Assembly (NCBI GenBank): GCA_963666285.1
Contig: OY762711.1
DNA length: 64,000 bases
Reading direction: 5' to 3' (one strand)
DNA from: Sedimentisphaerales bacterium
GTDB taxonomy: Bacteria; Planctomycetota; Phycisphaerae; Sedimentisphaerales; SM23-30
The notes under the pieces are model-generated. The model was given only the letters and a program-made list of their open reading frames with translations, was not told where the DNA came from and made no database searches. The translations under genes were made by a program, and so were the position numbers. Below are positions 10,185 to 20,046 of this stretch, piece after piece; within the stretch, counting starts at the first letter, position 1; each line of letters begins with the position of its first letter.

Positions 10185-11564
10185 ATGAAAAAGAAATTAG
10201 TTGTATTTATGATGGCACTTGCAGTTGTGGCAGCACAAGGTATAGGGTCTACTGTTAATAACGGAACATTTGAGGACGGTTCCTATGATTATGGCGATGG
10301 AACTTTAATGGGTGTAAACTGGGAGAAAACCGGTGGGGGGAGTGATGCCTGGAAAGTGTATTGGGAAAACGATGGTACAGACAGCTATAGCGTGGTATCA
10401 GTTGCAGGATCAAGCGGAGGTGGAGGTGGATATTCTATGCTATTTCAGGATGATCCTGAGAGTCTGATATCTTTTGAAGGTTTATCAGATGGTGCTACAG
10501 TTGTTTATCTTGCTGACGTTAAGTCAATTGATGGTGCCAATGGCCCCGGTAATTTGCTAAGAGTTGACTGGTTTGATGCGAATAATAACTGGCAGGCTAA
10601 TAGCGATCTTTATTGGTTTGAATCGATAAGCGATACATGGACAACATATTCAACGGAGTTTACAGTATCATCACCTAAAGTCAGGCTTATGTTTGCTGTA
10701 AGTACAGGCTGGGGCGGAGCAAATGATACAGATACAATAACTGCCGTTGATAACATAAGGATAGCAATGCCGGCAGGCAGTAAACCTGACAATCCCAGCC
10801 CAGTAAGTGGAACAGTCAATCTTACCGCCATTACAGATGAGCTGAAATGGATAAATCCTCTACCTGTAAATATGGATGATACTATTACATGCAATGTATA
10901 TCTTGAAGCAGATGATGGAGATGAAGCATTTATTTCTGAACCTATTGCAACAGGTTTAGCTGATGACACAATCAGTTTGAGTGAATACGGTATTTCACTA
11001 CTTCCAGGGACTAAATACTACTGGAAGGTTGATTGTGTTGATCCTAATTCAGGCAGCCCGGCTACAACTGAAGGTTTGACCTGGGATTTTACGACAGCAT
11101 CAGATGTAGCACCTGTTGTAGATGCAGGTGCCGACTTGTGGCGTTGGCTTGACCCTGAAGATACAAGTCATGCTACTATCGATCTGGATGGAACAGTTGA
11201 AGATGACGGCAAGTCAGAACTAACTACAAAATGGACATTATTGTCAAAAGATCCGTCAGATGCTGTAGTTATTATTGATGATCCAAATGCTGTAGATACA
11301 TTTGTTACAGTTGACAGTACTGGGTATTACACATTTCAGTTAGAGGCAAAAGACGAAATATGGACAGTTAGTGATTCTTTGGCTGTAATAGTGCACGAAA
11401 CTGCTTGCGAAGCTGCTTATAGTGACCCTGACGATATACCTGCTACATATTCCGGTCTGCATGGTGATATAGATGGAGACTGTGATATAGATTTGGTTGA
11501 TTTTGCTTATATGGCTAGTCATTGGTTAGACTGTATGAGCGTAAAGCTTGGATGTGTTCAGTAA
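10185..11564 (+). CDS. Secreted protein: carbohydrate-binding-like N-domain, Ig/PKD-like domains, C-terminal dockerin-like motif
   Basis: Start moved from 10041 to ATG 10185 (GGAGGT upstream, signal peptide MKKKLVVFMMALAVVAAQG); NGTFE CBM-like start, YYWKVD, PVVDAGAD, GDIDGDCDIDLVDFAYMASHWL. Confidence 0.75.
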   Translation: MKKKLVVFMMALAVVAAQGIGSTVNNGTFEDGSYDYGDGTLMGVNWEKTGGGSDAWKVYWENDGTDSYSVVSVAGSSGGGGGYSMLFQDDPESLISFEGLSDGATVVYLADVKSIDGANGPGNLLRVDWFDANNNWQANSDLYWFESISDTWTTYSTEFTVSSPKVRLMFAVSTGWGGANDTDTITAVDNIRIAMPAGSKPDNPSPVSGTVNLTAITDELKWINPLPVNMDDTITCNVYLEADDGDEAFISEPIATGLADDTISLSEYGISLLPGTKYYWKVDCVDPNSGSPATTEGLTWDFTTASDVAPVVDAGADLWRWLDPEDTSHATIDLDGTVEDDGKSELTTKWTLLSKDPSDAVVIIDDPNAVDTFVTVDSTGYYTFQLEAKDEIWTVSDSLAVIVHETACEAAYSDPDDIPATYSGLHGDIDGDCDIDLVDFAYMASHWLDCMSVKLGCVQ

Positions 11565-11605
11565 TTATTAGTTTTTGGATATTTTAAGTAAGAAGTATAA
11601 TTTAT

Positions 11606-11640
11606 AGGCGGGAGTTGTATATACGCTTCCGCCTTTTATT
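11606..11640 (+). terminator. Rho-independent terminator
   Basis: AGGCGGGAG..CTTCCGCCT stem followed by T-rich tail, ~40 nt after the 11564 stop. Confidence 0.7.
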
Positions 11641-11652
11641 AAACTTTCTAAT

Positions 11653-11755
11653 AGTGCTGTTTATGCTACGCATGCATATGCATGGCACACTTTTGGCAGC
11701 CAATTGTTAAGTGTTTAGTATTGAAGTGTAAAGCATAGAGAGTCGATATACATAA
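11653..11755 (+). repeat. Dispersed intergenic repeat (AGTGCnGTTTATGCTwCGCAT family), diverged copy of 31658-31781
   Basis: AGTGCTGTTTATGCTACGCATGCATATGCA matches 31658 AGTGCGGTTTATGCTACGCATCATATGCA and 16621; weaker similarity continues to ..TATACATAA. Confidence 0.65.
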
Positions 11756-11964
11756 TATTAATTTAAGGCAGCCTCTGGAAATTCATTTTGAGCGACTAGT
11801 TTTTCTTTTGCCGGCTGACATGCGTCACATAAAACAGTGAATATAGCCCAATATGCACGACTTTATATTCCTTGTCAGCAACCAAAATCTTAAATTATCG
11901 CATCAAAAGCAATATCCAGTGGTCACCTTAAGACTGAATTAGTGTTATAAAAGGTAGGATAGAT

Positions 11965-14364
11965 ATGAAGCAAAAAGTAGTGTTGTTCAAAATGAGTAAA
12001 TATTATCTAATTACATGCTCGGTATTACTTTTGTTTTTTAATACAGCTTGGGCCGATAACCTTTTGGAGGATGGAGGCTTTGAGAATACCGGCAGCTGGG
12101 CTCAGTGGTGGGGAGGTAATACAGTATTATCTCATACCGACCCTGTTGAAGGAGATAAATGTGCAGCTGTCTGGTTTCAGAATGATGGTATCTGGCAAAA
12201 TGTTGGTTGGGTTTCAGCAGGCACATATGAATATGGGGGCAAACTGCTGGCAGGAGCAAATCTTGTCGGAAAGCGAGTAGTTATTCAGGTAGAGATGGGA
12301 GATGGTGCCGGTACAACCTCATGGACACAACAACTTAATGTTACTCCGGGTATAGCTGAAGATGTCTGGCATTCGGTAAGCGGTAAATTGTTTTTAACAG
12401 AGAGTTATTTTGTCAATATTAATTTAATGCTCGTTGACGAAAACGGCTCCAGCGGCGTCGGGCTATTTGATGATATATATTTCAGAAAGGTCAACGGAGA
12501 TATAGAGACAGGCCGGTATAATTATGGTGCCAGACTTGAGCCTGAGAACCATGTTATGCATTCAGGAGGTCAAAATATACCTGACTTTTGGGAATACTGG
12601 TGGGCTATGAATTCGGATGAGCGTCGCCCGGCATGCTATATGTCATATTGTAATTTAACTTCACCCTTTCTGCCGGCATTGCAGGCTGACCTTGAGCGAT
12701 ATCGAACTGAATTGTCTGATGGAGTTTACATGCCGGTGCAGATGGGGCTCTGGCTGCCAACAAATGACAATAGCGAACTAAATAAGGTAGCTAACGGTGA
12801 GTATGATGGAGATATTCAACGGTTTTGTAACGATCTAAACAAGCTTGGATATCCTGTTTATCTACGCATTGGTTATGAATGCAATGGCAGTCATAACGGC
12901 TATGATCCAGCTATATTCAAGGCGGCATTTATACGTATTACAAATGCACTTCGGGCGAATAAGGTTGAAGCGGCAACGGTTTTCAATGTTATCCAGGGCC
13001 CGTATCTGGCATATTATCCGGGTGATCAATATGTCGATTGGATGAGTATTAATATGTTTGGCAGCGGCAATATTAAAAGTCCGTATACACCGGCATTTCT
13101 TTCTGATGCTGAAACACGTGGTAAACCGGTACTTATTGGTGAATGTGGTCCGGTATATGTGCAGACAAGTAATGGTCAGGCCAGTTGGGACGGCTGGTTT
13201 GTGCCGTATTTTAACTTGATAAAAAGCTGGCGCGGTATAAAGAATTTCTGTTATATTAATGCTGACTGGGGAAATAACGAGCTTGGTTGGGGCGATTGCA
13301 GGCTTCAGCCATATCCTGACGTACTGGGTTTGTATCTGAATGAGTTGGATTCGTCGCTAATTCTAAACGGGGTGAATGAACGGGCATTCCGTAAAGAAAT
13401 ATCAAAGGTTAACGATACAACTGCACCCGGCAAGGTTACAGGTATTGCAGTTGATACAGTAAATTCTCCGGTAATGATAACATGGCAAGAGCCTGAAGAT
13501 GATACAGGAATCAATCGATATGAAATACAGCGAGATGATCAGCTACTTGGTTATTGTACTGCAAATAGTTATGCAGACCAGGATGTTGCCGCCGGTAAAA
13601 CATATATATATCGTATTACCGCTATAGACAGTTGCGGGAACCGCGGAATTGTTTCTGGTCCAATCAAAGTGGTTACTTCGCCGACTGTAGAGATGATTAT
13701 TAACGGCGAATTTGATCTTGGACATTATCCGTGGTCAACAACAGGTAACGGAAACTTGCAAACCGGAATTGATACAAACTCTTTACTGTCCGGTAAAAAT
13801 TCATCGAAAATATTTATCAATTCTGCAACAGGCAATTTCTGGGAGCTGTTGTATAAACAGAATCTTGATACAAAAGCCGGTTTTGTTTATCAGTTAAGTT
13901 TTCAGGCAGTTGCGGACGCAGATACTACTATTTGGGTAGCATTGCAGGAAACGCACAGTCCATGGAGTTCATTTATTAATAAACAGATCAATATAACTAC
14001 TACCCCACAGACGTTTACCTTTAGTGCAGCAGCACCTGATAATGACAATGTTGATTTAAACTTTATGTTGGGAAGCAGTGCTTCCCGTACTATATGGCTG
14101 GATGCAGTAAGCGTGAAAGAGACTTCAAATGATCCAGACCCTCAAACATGCCAGGACGTTCTTAATGAAGGTGTACGTCTGGATTCAGATTTTACCTGTG
14201 ACTGTTATGTTAATATTGATGATATAAACCTTCTTATTCAATATTGGTTGAGCGACACATTCGGCAAGCATGGTTTTATTGATTTGACTGAAATTGCATT
14301 AATTGCAAAAAGTTGGCTTGAATGTAATCATCCACAGGATTATAATTGTATTTCTACTTGGTAA
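11965..14364 (+). CDS. Glycoside hydrolase family 26 with CBM-like domains, FN3 and dockerin-like tail
   Basis: Signal peptide; GH26 motifs YLRIGYECNG, YYPGDQYVDW, KPVLIGECG; FN3 (DTTAPGKVTG..YIYRITAID); CBM4/9-like INGEFD domain; DFTCDCYVNIDDI..YWL tail. Confidence 0.85.
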   Translation: MKQKVVLFKMSKYYLITCSVLLLFFNTAWADNLLEDGGFENTGSWAQWWGGNTVLSHTDPVEGDKCAAVWFQNDGIWQNVGWVSAGTYEYGGKLLAGANLVGKRVVIQVEMGDGAGTTSWTQQLNVTPGIAEDVWHSVSGKLFLTESYFVNINLMLVDENGSSGVGLFDDIYFRKVNGDIETGRYNYGARLEPENHVMHSGGQNIPDFWEYWWAMNSDERRPACYMSYCNLTSPFLPALQADLERYRTELSDGVYMPVQMGLWLPTNDNSELNKVANGEYDGDIQRFCNDLNKLGYPVYLRIGYECNGSHNGYDPAIFKAAFIRITNALRANKVEAATVFNVIQGPYLAYYPGDQYVDWMSINMFGSGNIKSPYTPAFLSDAETRGKPVLIGECGPVYVQTSNGQASWDGWFVPYFNLIKSWRGIKNFCYINADWGNNELGWGDCRLQPYPDVLGLYLNELDSSLILNGVNERAFRKEISKVNDTTAPGKVTGIAVDTVNSPVMITWQEPEDDTGINRYEIQRDDQLLGYCTANSYADQDVAAGKTYIYRITAIDSCGNRGIVSGPIKVVTSPTVEMIINGEFDLGHYPWSTTGNGNLQTGIDTNSLLSGKNSSKIFINSATGNFWELLYKQNLDTKAGFVYQLSFQAVADADTTIWVALQETHSPWSSFINKQINITTTPQTFTFSAAAPDNDNVDLNFMLGSSASRTIWLDAVSVKETSNDPDPQTCQDVLNEGVRLDSDFTCDCYVNIDDINLLIQYWLSDTFGKHGFIDLTEIALIAKSWLECNHPQDYNCISTW

Positions 14365-14407
14365 AAGATAATACATACAAAGATATACTAAGCTAATGGA
14401 GAGGCAT

Positions 14408-16609
14408 ATGAAATTAAAATGTTATATACTAATATTCACTTTATTAATAATTATTTATCCTGCTCATGCTTTTGATCTTGACCAGGAAACTGAATTGAAG
14501 ATAGATAAGCTTATCCAAAGTATGACACTGGAAGAAAAAACCGGGCAAATGAATCAGATAAGTCATGAATGGCAACCTGGTACAGTTGATGTCGAAGCTG
14601 AGCTAAAGAAAGGTAATATAGGCTCATTTCTATTTGTAAAGGATGTTAATCTTAGAAATCATTACCAGAAATTAGCTGTTGAACAAAGTCGTCTCGGAAT
14701 TCCCGTTATATTTGGCTATGATGTTATCCATGGTTATAGAACAATATTTCCGATACCTTTAGGAGAAGCAGCGAGCTGGGATCTTGATTTAATGGAAAAA
14801 ACGGCTTCGATTGCTGCCAAGGAAGCAAAATCTGTCGGTATTGACTGGACTTTTTCTCCAATGGTTGATATTGCCAGGGACCCACGCTGGGGACGAATCG
14901 CAGAAGGAGCAGGAGAGGATACGTATTTGGGGGCACTTATAGTTAAAGCAAAAGTTCATGGATATCAGGGTGATGACCTGTCTGCGTCAGATACTATTGC
15001 AGCATGTCTGAAACATTTTGCTGCTTATGGTGCAGCTCAAGCCGGCAGGGAATATCATACCACAGATGTGCCAGAAAGAATACTCAGGAATATTTATCTG
15101 CCACCATTTAAGGCAGGAGTTAATGCCGGGGCAGCTACTTTGATGAGTGGATTCAACGATCTTAACGGCGTTCCTGCAACCGGAAATAGATTTATTCTTA
15201 CTGATATTCTGAGAGATGAATGGAACTTTAATGGTTTTGTAGTTAGTGACTGGGAATCAGTAAGGGAACTTATACCTCATGGTTTTGCCAAAGATAAAGC
15301 TCATGCCGCCATACTGGCATCAACTGCAGGTGTTGACATGGATATGGCCAGTCAAAGTTATTATGAAAACATACCAGGTTTGGTTAAGGAAGGGAAATTA
15401 TCCGAAGATGTGGTAGACGAAGCCGTACGAAGGATTCTCAGAGTTAAGTACGCTTTGGGTTTGTTTGATAATCCATATATCGATACAAATTTGCACAAAA
15501 AAGTAATTTTGGCTCATGAACATAGATTGATAGCCAGGCAGGCGGTTCGAGAATCAATTGTATTAGTGAAAAATGATGATAGTCTTCTGCCTTTAGATGG
15601 GACTGCGAAATCAATAGCAATAATAGGTCCTTTGGCTGATAATAAGCCGGATTTACTTGGAACATGGTCAGTTGCGGCAAATGCTGACGATGTTGTTTCG
15701 GTAATTGACGGATTAAGGCAAAAGTTTGATAAAGAATGCGAAATCAATTACGCTAAAGGTTGTGACATAGAAGGTGGATCTACAGATGGTTTTTCTCAAG
15801 CAGTAGAGACTGCAAATAAATCAGAAATTGTTATTATGGCATTAGGTGAAGGAGCGATGCATAGTGGCGAGGCACATAGTAGAGCAGAACTCAATTTACC
15901 TGGTTTACAGCTGCAGTTGTTGAAAGAAATACAAAAAACAGGTAAACGAGTGATATTGCTGTTATTTACCGGCAGACCTCTAACAATAAACTGGGAAATG
16001 GATAATATTTCAACTATATTGATTGCATGGCATCCCGGGATTGAAGGTGGAAATGGAATTGCTGATGTATTGGCAGGAGATTACAATCCATCAGGTAAAA
16101 TAACAGCAACATTTCCTCGTCATGTTGGTCAGATACCATTATATTATAATATGAAAAATACAGGGCGGCCGTTTAATCAGGATGTCAGGTATACGTCTCG
16201 TTATATTGATATGCCAAATGCACCGCTGCTGCCGTTTGGTTTTGGCTTAAGCTATACTAAGTTTAGTTATGCCAATTTAAGTATAAAGAATAATAAAGTT
16301 AAGATACCTGGATCAGTTGCAGTATCTGTTGACATTACAAATACAGGCAATTATGACGGCCATGAAGTAGTGCAAATGTACATTCGAGACCATGTTGGTT
16401 CTGTTACGAGGCCGGTTAAAGAATTAAAAGGTTTTCAGAGAATATTCCTTAAAAAAGGTGAAACAAAAAAAGTAGAGTTTGAGCTAAATACCAGCGACCT
16501 TAAGTTTTTTGGTCTGGATATGGAATATACAGTAGAGCCAGGTGAGTTTACAGTTTGGATAGGAACGAGTTCTAATGAAGGTTTAGAAGGTCGATTTGAC
16601 TTATACTAA
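14408..16609 (+). CDS. bglX: GH3 beta-glucosidase (BglX-like), periplasmic
   Basis: DVIHG, DPRWGRIAEGAGED, KHFAAYG, GFVVSDW nucleophile motif, PFGFGLSYT, C-terminal FN3-like RPVKELKGF. Start 14408 preferred (GGAGAG upstream); ORF track start 14396. Confidence 0.93.
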   Translation: MKLKCYILIFTLLIIIYPAHAFDLDQETELKIDKLIQSMTLEEKTGQMNQISHEWQPGTVDVEAELKKGNIGSFLFVKDVNLRNHYQKLAVEQSRLGIPVIFGYDVIHGYRTIFPIPLGEAASWDLDLMEKTASIAAKEAKSVGIDWTFSPMVDIARDPRWGRIAEGAGEDTYLGALIVKAKVHGYQGDDLSASDTIAACLKHFAAYGAAQAGREYHTTDVPERILRNIYLPPFKAGVNAGAATLMSGFNDLNGVPATGNRFILTDILRDEWNFNGFVVSDWESVRELIPHGFAKDKAHAAILASTAGVDMDMASQSYYENIPGLVKEGKLSEDVVDEAVRRILRVKYALGLFDNPYIDTNLHKKVILAHEHRLIARQAVRESIVLVKNDDSLLPLDGTAKSIAIIGPLADNKPDLLGTWSVAANADDVVSVIDGLRQKFDKECEINYAKGCDIEGGSTDGFSQAVETANKSEIVIMALGEGAMHSGEAHSRAELNLPGLQLQLLKEIQKTGKRVILLLFTGRPLTINWEMDNISTILIAWHPGIEGGNGIADVLAGDYNPSGKITATFPRHVGQIPLYYNMKNTGRPFNQDVRYTSRYIDMPNAPLLPFGFGLSYTKFSYANLSIKNNKVKIPGSVAVSVDITNTGNYDGHEVVQMYIRDHVGSVTRPVKELKGFQRIFLKKGETKKVEFELNTSDLKFFGLDMEYTVEPGEFTVWIGTSSNEGLEGRFDLY

Positions 16610-16620
16610 ACTTTTGTATA

Positions 16621-16647
16621 AGTGCGGTTTATGCTTCGCATCAAATG
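16621..16647 (+). repeat. Short copy of the AGTGCGGTTTATGCTwCGCAT intergenic repeat
   Basis: AGTGCGGTTTATGCTTCGCATCAAATG, 11 nt after the GH3 stop; near-identical to the start of the 31658 copy. Confidence 0.65.
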
Positions 16648-16729
16648 TTTTACAGCATTATGAGGCTGTCGATTGGTTCTGTAAATAATTGATTTTACAG
16701 CAATGTCAAATTTATAAAATGGAATTGTC

Positions 16730-18412
16730 ATGATTAAAAAACAAAACAGTATTAAGCTTGTTGTATATATTATATGTATTCTTAATGTGTCATGTCTTGT
16801 AGCAAGTAATTCAATCAAAAATGCGTATGAGCTTGATGATATATTTTCTGCGCAAATGGAGCTTATAGATCAAAGACGTGTTTCATGGCTTGAAAAAGCA
16901 GAACAAGCAATGCCAGAGTTAAATCATAAGATTATTAAACCTGTTTCGATTGTTTCTGTTGAGAAAGATACCGGCAAAAGCTTTCAAGGGTGGAAAACAG
17001 TTAAGGCCGGTGAAGTCTCATCTGTCTGTAATAAGCCATTTGCTCCAGGTGACAGTTTTATTCTTGATTTTGGTGACCATTATACAGGGAACTTTTGTTT
17101 TTCTTTATGTAGCATTGACAATCCAGTTGATGCTCCTGTAAGATTAGAGTTCATTTTTGGTGAAGTACCTGCAGAGGTTGGCGATTCATTTGACACTTAT
17201 TGCGGTTCGTTGTCTCGTTCCTGGCTACAGGATGAAATTGTCAATATTGATGTTGTGCCACAAACAGTTAAATTGCCTCGCAGGTATGCGTTCAGGTACG
17301 TTAAGGTTCGGGTTGTCGCCTCAAGTGTTAGCCGTAAATTTGGCTTTACCGATTTTGAAGTAGAAACTCTTACCTCAGCAAACGAAGATAAATTATTACC
17401 TTTTACTCCAAAAAATGAACGGCAGGCTGAACTTGATCGTGTTTCATTAACAACACTTCGAGATTGTATGCAGACTGTATTTGAAGATGGTCCCAAAAGG
17501 GATCGAAGGCTGTGGCTCGGTGATCTCAGGCTCCAGGCACAGGCAAATTATGTGACATATCAAAATTATGATCTGGTTAAACGGTCGTTATATATACTTG
17601 CAGGTACTTCTGATAAGAAAGGTATGGTTTCAACTTGTGCATTTGAGTACCCCAAGCCAGTTCGCGGCGGTGATAGCATTTTAGACTATACGGCATTGTT
17701 TGCACCTACTTTGCTCGATTATCTGGAAGCAAGTAATGACAAAGAAACAGCTAATGACCTTTGGCCTCTGGCTGTCAAGCAATTGGAGTTTGTTCTTGAA
17801 CATGTAAATTCAGATGGTTTATTTATTGATCCAGGAAACTGGTGGCTGTTTATTGACTGGAATAATGACCTGGATAAACAGGCGTCAGAACACGCTATTA
17901 TCATTTACAGTCTCAAGGCTGTTTGCCGTTTAGCTGAGCTGCTTGATAAAAAAGAGCAGGTTTCATTTATTCCGGCTATGGTATCAAGTATGAAATCCGC
18001 TGCAATAAGTAATTTGTGGGATAGTAATCTGGGACTCTTTGTTAGTGGAGCAAATCGTCAGATTTCCTGGGCCTCTCAGTCATGGATGGTATTGGCGGGA
18101 GTAACTTCATCTGAGCAGGCCAGGATGTGTATGGCAAATATTGAAAAATACACAGATGCTCAGAAACCTGTTACGCCATATTTACATCACCATGTTGTTG
18201 CGGCATTAATGGAAGCAGGCTATCATGAAAAAGCTATGGCATATATGAATAATTATTGGGGAAAAATGATAGACCTCGGTGCAGATACTTTCTGGGAAGT
18301 GTTTGTTCCCGGGCAGGATTTCTTGTCTCCTTATAATGGATATCTGATTAATAGCTACTGTCACGCCTGGAGTTGTACGCCAACATATTTTCTGCGTACT
18401 TATAAAAATTGA
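16730..18412 (+). CDS. Alpha-L-rhamnosidase-like protein (GH78, six-hairpin)
   Basis: LDFG, RYAFRY, FEDGPKRDRRLWLGDLRLQA, FIDW, GADTFWE and SYCHAWS motifs typical of GH78. Confidence 0.88.
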   Translation: MIKKQNSIKLVVYIICILNVSCLVASNSIKNAYELDDIFSAQMELIDQRRVSWLEKAEQAMPELNHKIIKPVSIVSVEKDTGKSFQGWKTVKAGEVSSVCNKPFAPGDSFILDFGDHYTGNFCFSLCSIDNPVDAPVRLEFIFGEVPAEVGDSFDTYCGSLSRSWLQDEIVNIDVVPQTVKLPRRYAFRYVKVRVVASSVSRKFGFTDFEVETLTSANEDKLLPFTPKNERQAELDRVSLTTLRDCMQTVFEDGPKRDRRLWLGDLRLQAQANYVTYQNYDLVKRSLYILAGTSDKKGMVSTCAFEYPKPVRGGDSILDYTALFAPTLLDYLEASNDKETANDLWPLAVKQLEFVLEHVNSDGLFIDPGNWWLFIDWNNDLDKQASEHAIIIYSLKAVCRLAELLDKKEQVSFIPAMVSSMKSAAISNLWDSNLGLFVSGANRQISWASQSWMVLAGVTSSEQARMCMANIEKYTDAQKPVTPYLHHHVVAALMEAGYHEKAMAYMNNYWGKMIDLGADTFWEVFVPGQDFLSPYNGYLINSYCHAWSCTPTYFLRTYKN

Positions 18413-18618
18413 TTAGTCAAATTGAATTTATGAAGTATCTTAATGAATAACTTTCATTTGGTGACTTTGGCTATTCATTTTCTCAAGGTCGGTTTATTGA
18501 ATTTTAAAAACCAGTTGTTTTATATATAATACTAAGTTAATATCATACAAGATTTAATTGCAATTGTTTCTGATTGAAGAAAATGATGGTTTATCTGTAT
18601 TTATGGAGTTAAGTATGA

Positions 18619-20045
18619 GTAAACTTTCGCACTTTTTGAGGGTTAAAATTTGAAAATATAAACAAAAAAATATCGGCGATCCGATGTCTTTAATGATTGA
18701 TAACAATAGGACACGGAGGCCGATATGTACTATCAATATTATTCGACATGGACGCAATTTATTCAACAATTTTTTCCAATTTTTACAGAGCCGGGGGCAC
18801 AAATCTTCTGCCGGGTGGTAATTGGTTGGATATTGTGCACTACTCGCCGCACGATAACAGGCATAATACCCTACGCAGACCCGCTGGGCGAACGAGCTCA
18901 CGATGCATATCATCGTTTCTTTCCAGATTGCCGCTGGTCTCTGAGCCGGATGTGGAAGATGCTCACCCTGATTATGGTTCAAAGATTCTGTCCCAAAGGA
19001 ACAATCACTCTGTCCATGGACGACACCCTGTTTCATCGAAGCGGTCCAAAAGTCCATGGAGCCGGATTCTGGAGAGATGCCGTTCGTTCTACCAAGAAAA
19101 GAATAGTATATGCCTGGGGTTTGAATTTGGTAGTAACGTGTCTGCAAATTCAACCATCTTGGGGTGGCGAACCTCTGGCACTGCCGGTCAATATGCGGTT
19201 GCATCGCAAAGGAGAAGAATCCTTGATTGAACTGGCGGTACAAATCATTAATGAAATATGCCAATGGCTTCCAAACAGGCGTATAAGGCTTGTAGCAGAC
19301 GGGTTTTATGCTACTCTGGCTGGAAAGAATCTTGAGAATGTTACCATTATCTCTCGAATCAGGCGTAATGCCGATCTGTTTGAGCTGCCGCCTAAAGTTA
19401 AAGAGAAAACCCGTGGCAGACCTCGCTGTAGAGGGCAAAAACTGGCTAAGTTGGAAAAAATGGCTGCCCATATCAGAAATTGGAGAACAGTTGAGTTTAG
19501 TCAGAGAGGTACGATTATTGAAAGGCTGGTTTATACTCGTATTGCTCTCTGGTATAAGGTAACTCGCAAACCAATCCTTGTTGTTATATGTAGAGACCCT
19601 GAAGGTAAGGAAAAAGATGACTTTTTCTTTACGACAGATATTACTATGGCGCCTGAGGAAGTTTTGACCTGTTATGCCGATCGCTGGGCTATTGAAGATA
19701 CGTTCAAGAACACTAAACAGCTGCTCGGTGTTCAACAGCTGCAGACATATAAGGGCAAAGGACCAGAAAGAGCCGCTGGTCTTGGACTCTGGCTGTACTC
19801 GATGGTCTGGTTGAGGTATCTGACCAAGAAACCCAATGAACAATACTTCTTTGTTCAGCCATGGTATCAACACAAAGAGACTCCGAGCTTCGCCGATGCT
19901 ATCGCTGACCTCCGAAGGGAACTTTGGAGTGAAAGAATTAAATATATGTTCGGTAATTCGGCCGTTCATGATAAAAAATATACGTTTCTGCTGGATGCTC
20001 TGGCTCCAGCGGCTTAAATACACTATAAAAAATGCGAAAGTTTAC
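18619..20045 (+). mobile_element. Complete IS701-family-like insertion sequence (1427 bp)
   Basis: Terminal inverted repeats GTAAACTTTCGCACTTTTT (from 18619) and AAAAAATGCGAAAGTTTAC (to 20045), 18/19 match; flanking 5-bp direct repeat TATGA at 18614-18618 and 20046-20050. Confidence 0.92.
18725..20017 (+). CDS. DDE transposase (IS701/DDE_5-like)
   Basis: 430 aa; LSMDDT, LVADGFYA, YADRWAIEDTFKNTKQ (Y-R-E-K signature); GGAGG RBS; enclosed by the IRs. Confidence 0.92.
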   Translation: MYYQYYSTWTQFIQQFFPIFTEPGAQIFCRVVIGWILCTTRRTITGIIPYADPLGERAHDAYHRFFPDCRWSLSRMWKMLTLIMVQRFCPKGTITLSMDDTLFHRSGPKVHGAGFWRDAVRSTKKRIVYAWGLNLVVTCLQIQPSWGGEPLALPVNMRLHRKGEESLIELAVQIINEICQWLPNRRIRLVADGFYATLAGKNLENVTIISRIRRNADLFELPPKVKEKTRGRPRCRGQKLAKLEKMAAHIRNWRTVEFSQRGTIIERLVYTRIALWYKVTRKPILVVICRDPEGKEKDDFFFTTDITMAPEEVLTCYADRWAIEDTFKNTKQLLGVQQLQTYKGKGPERAAGLGLWLYSMVWLRYLTKKPNEQYFFVQPWYQHKETPSFADAIADLRRELWSERIKYMFGNSAVHDKKYTFLLDALAPAA

Positions 20046-20046
20046 T

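Noticed and set aside
11683..11698. Sigma-54 -24/-12-like sequence TGGCACACTTTTGGCA
   Set aside because: GG-N10-GC spacing fits, but it lies within a dispersed repeat whose other copies lack it and the -12 box deviates from TTGC.
18554..20023. 489-aa antisense ORF spanning the transposase
   Set aside because: Same codon register as the transposase (typical shadow ORF), no recognisable motif, and its stop lies outside the IS boundary.
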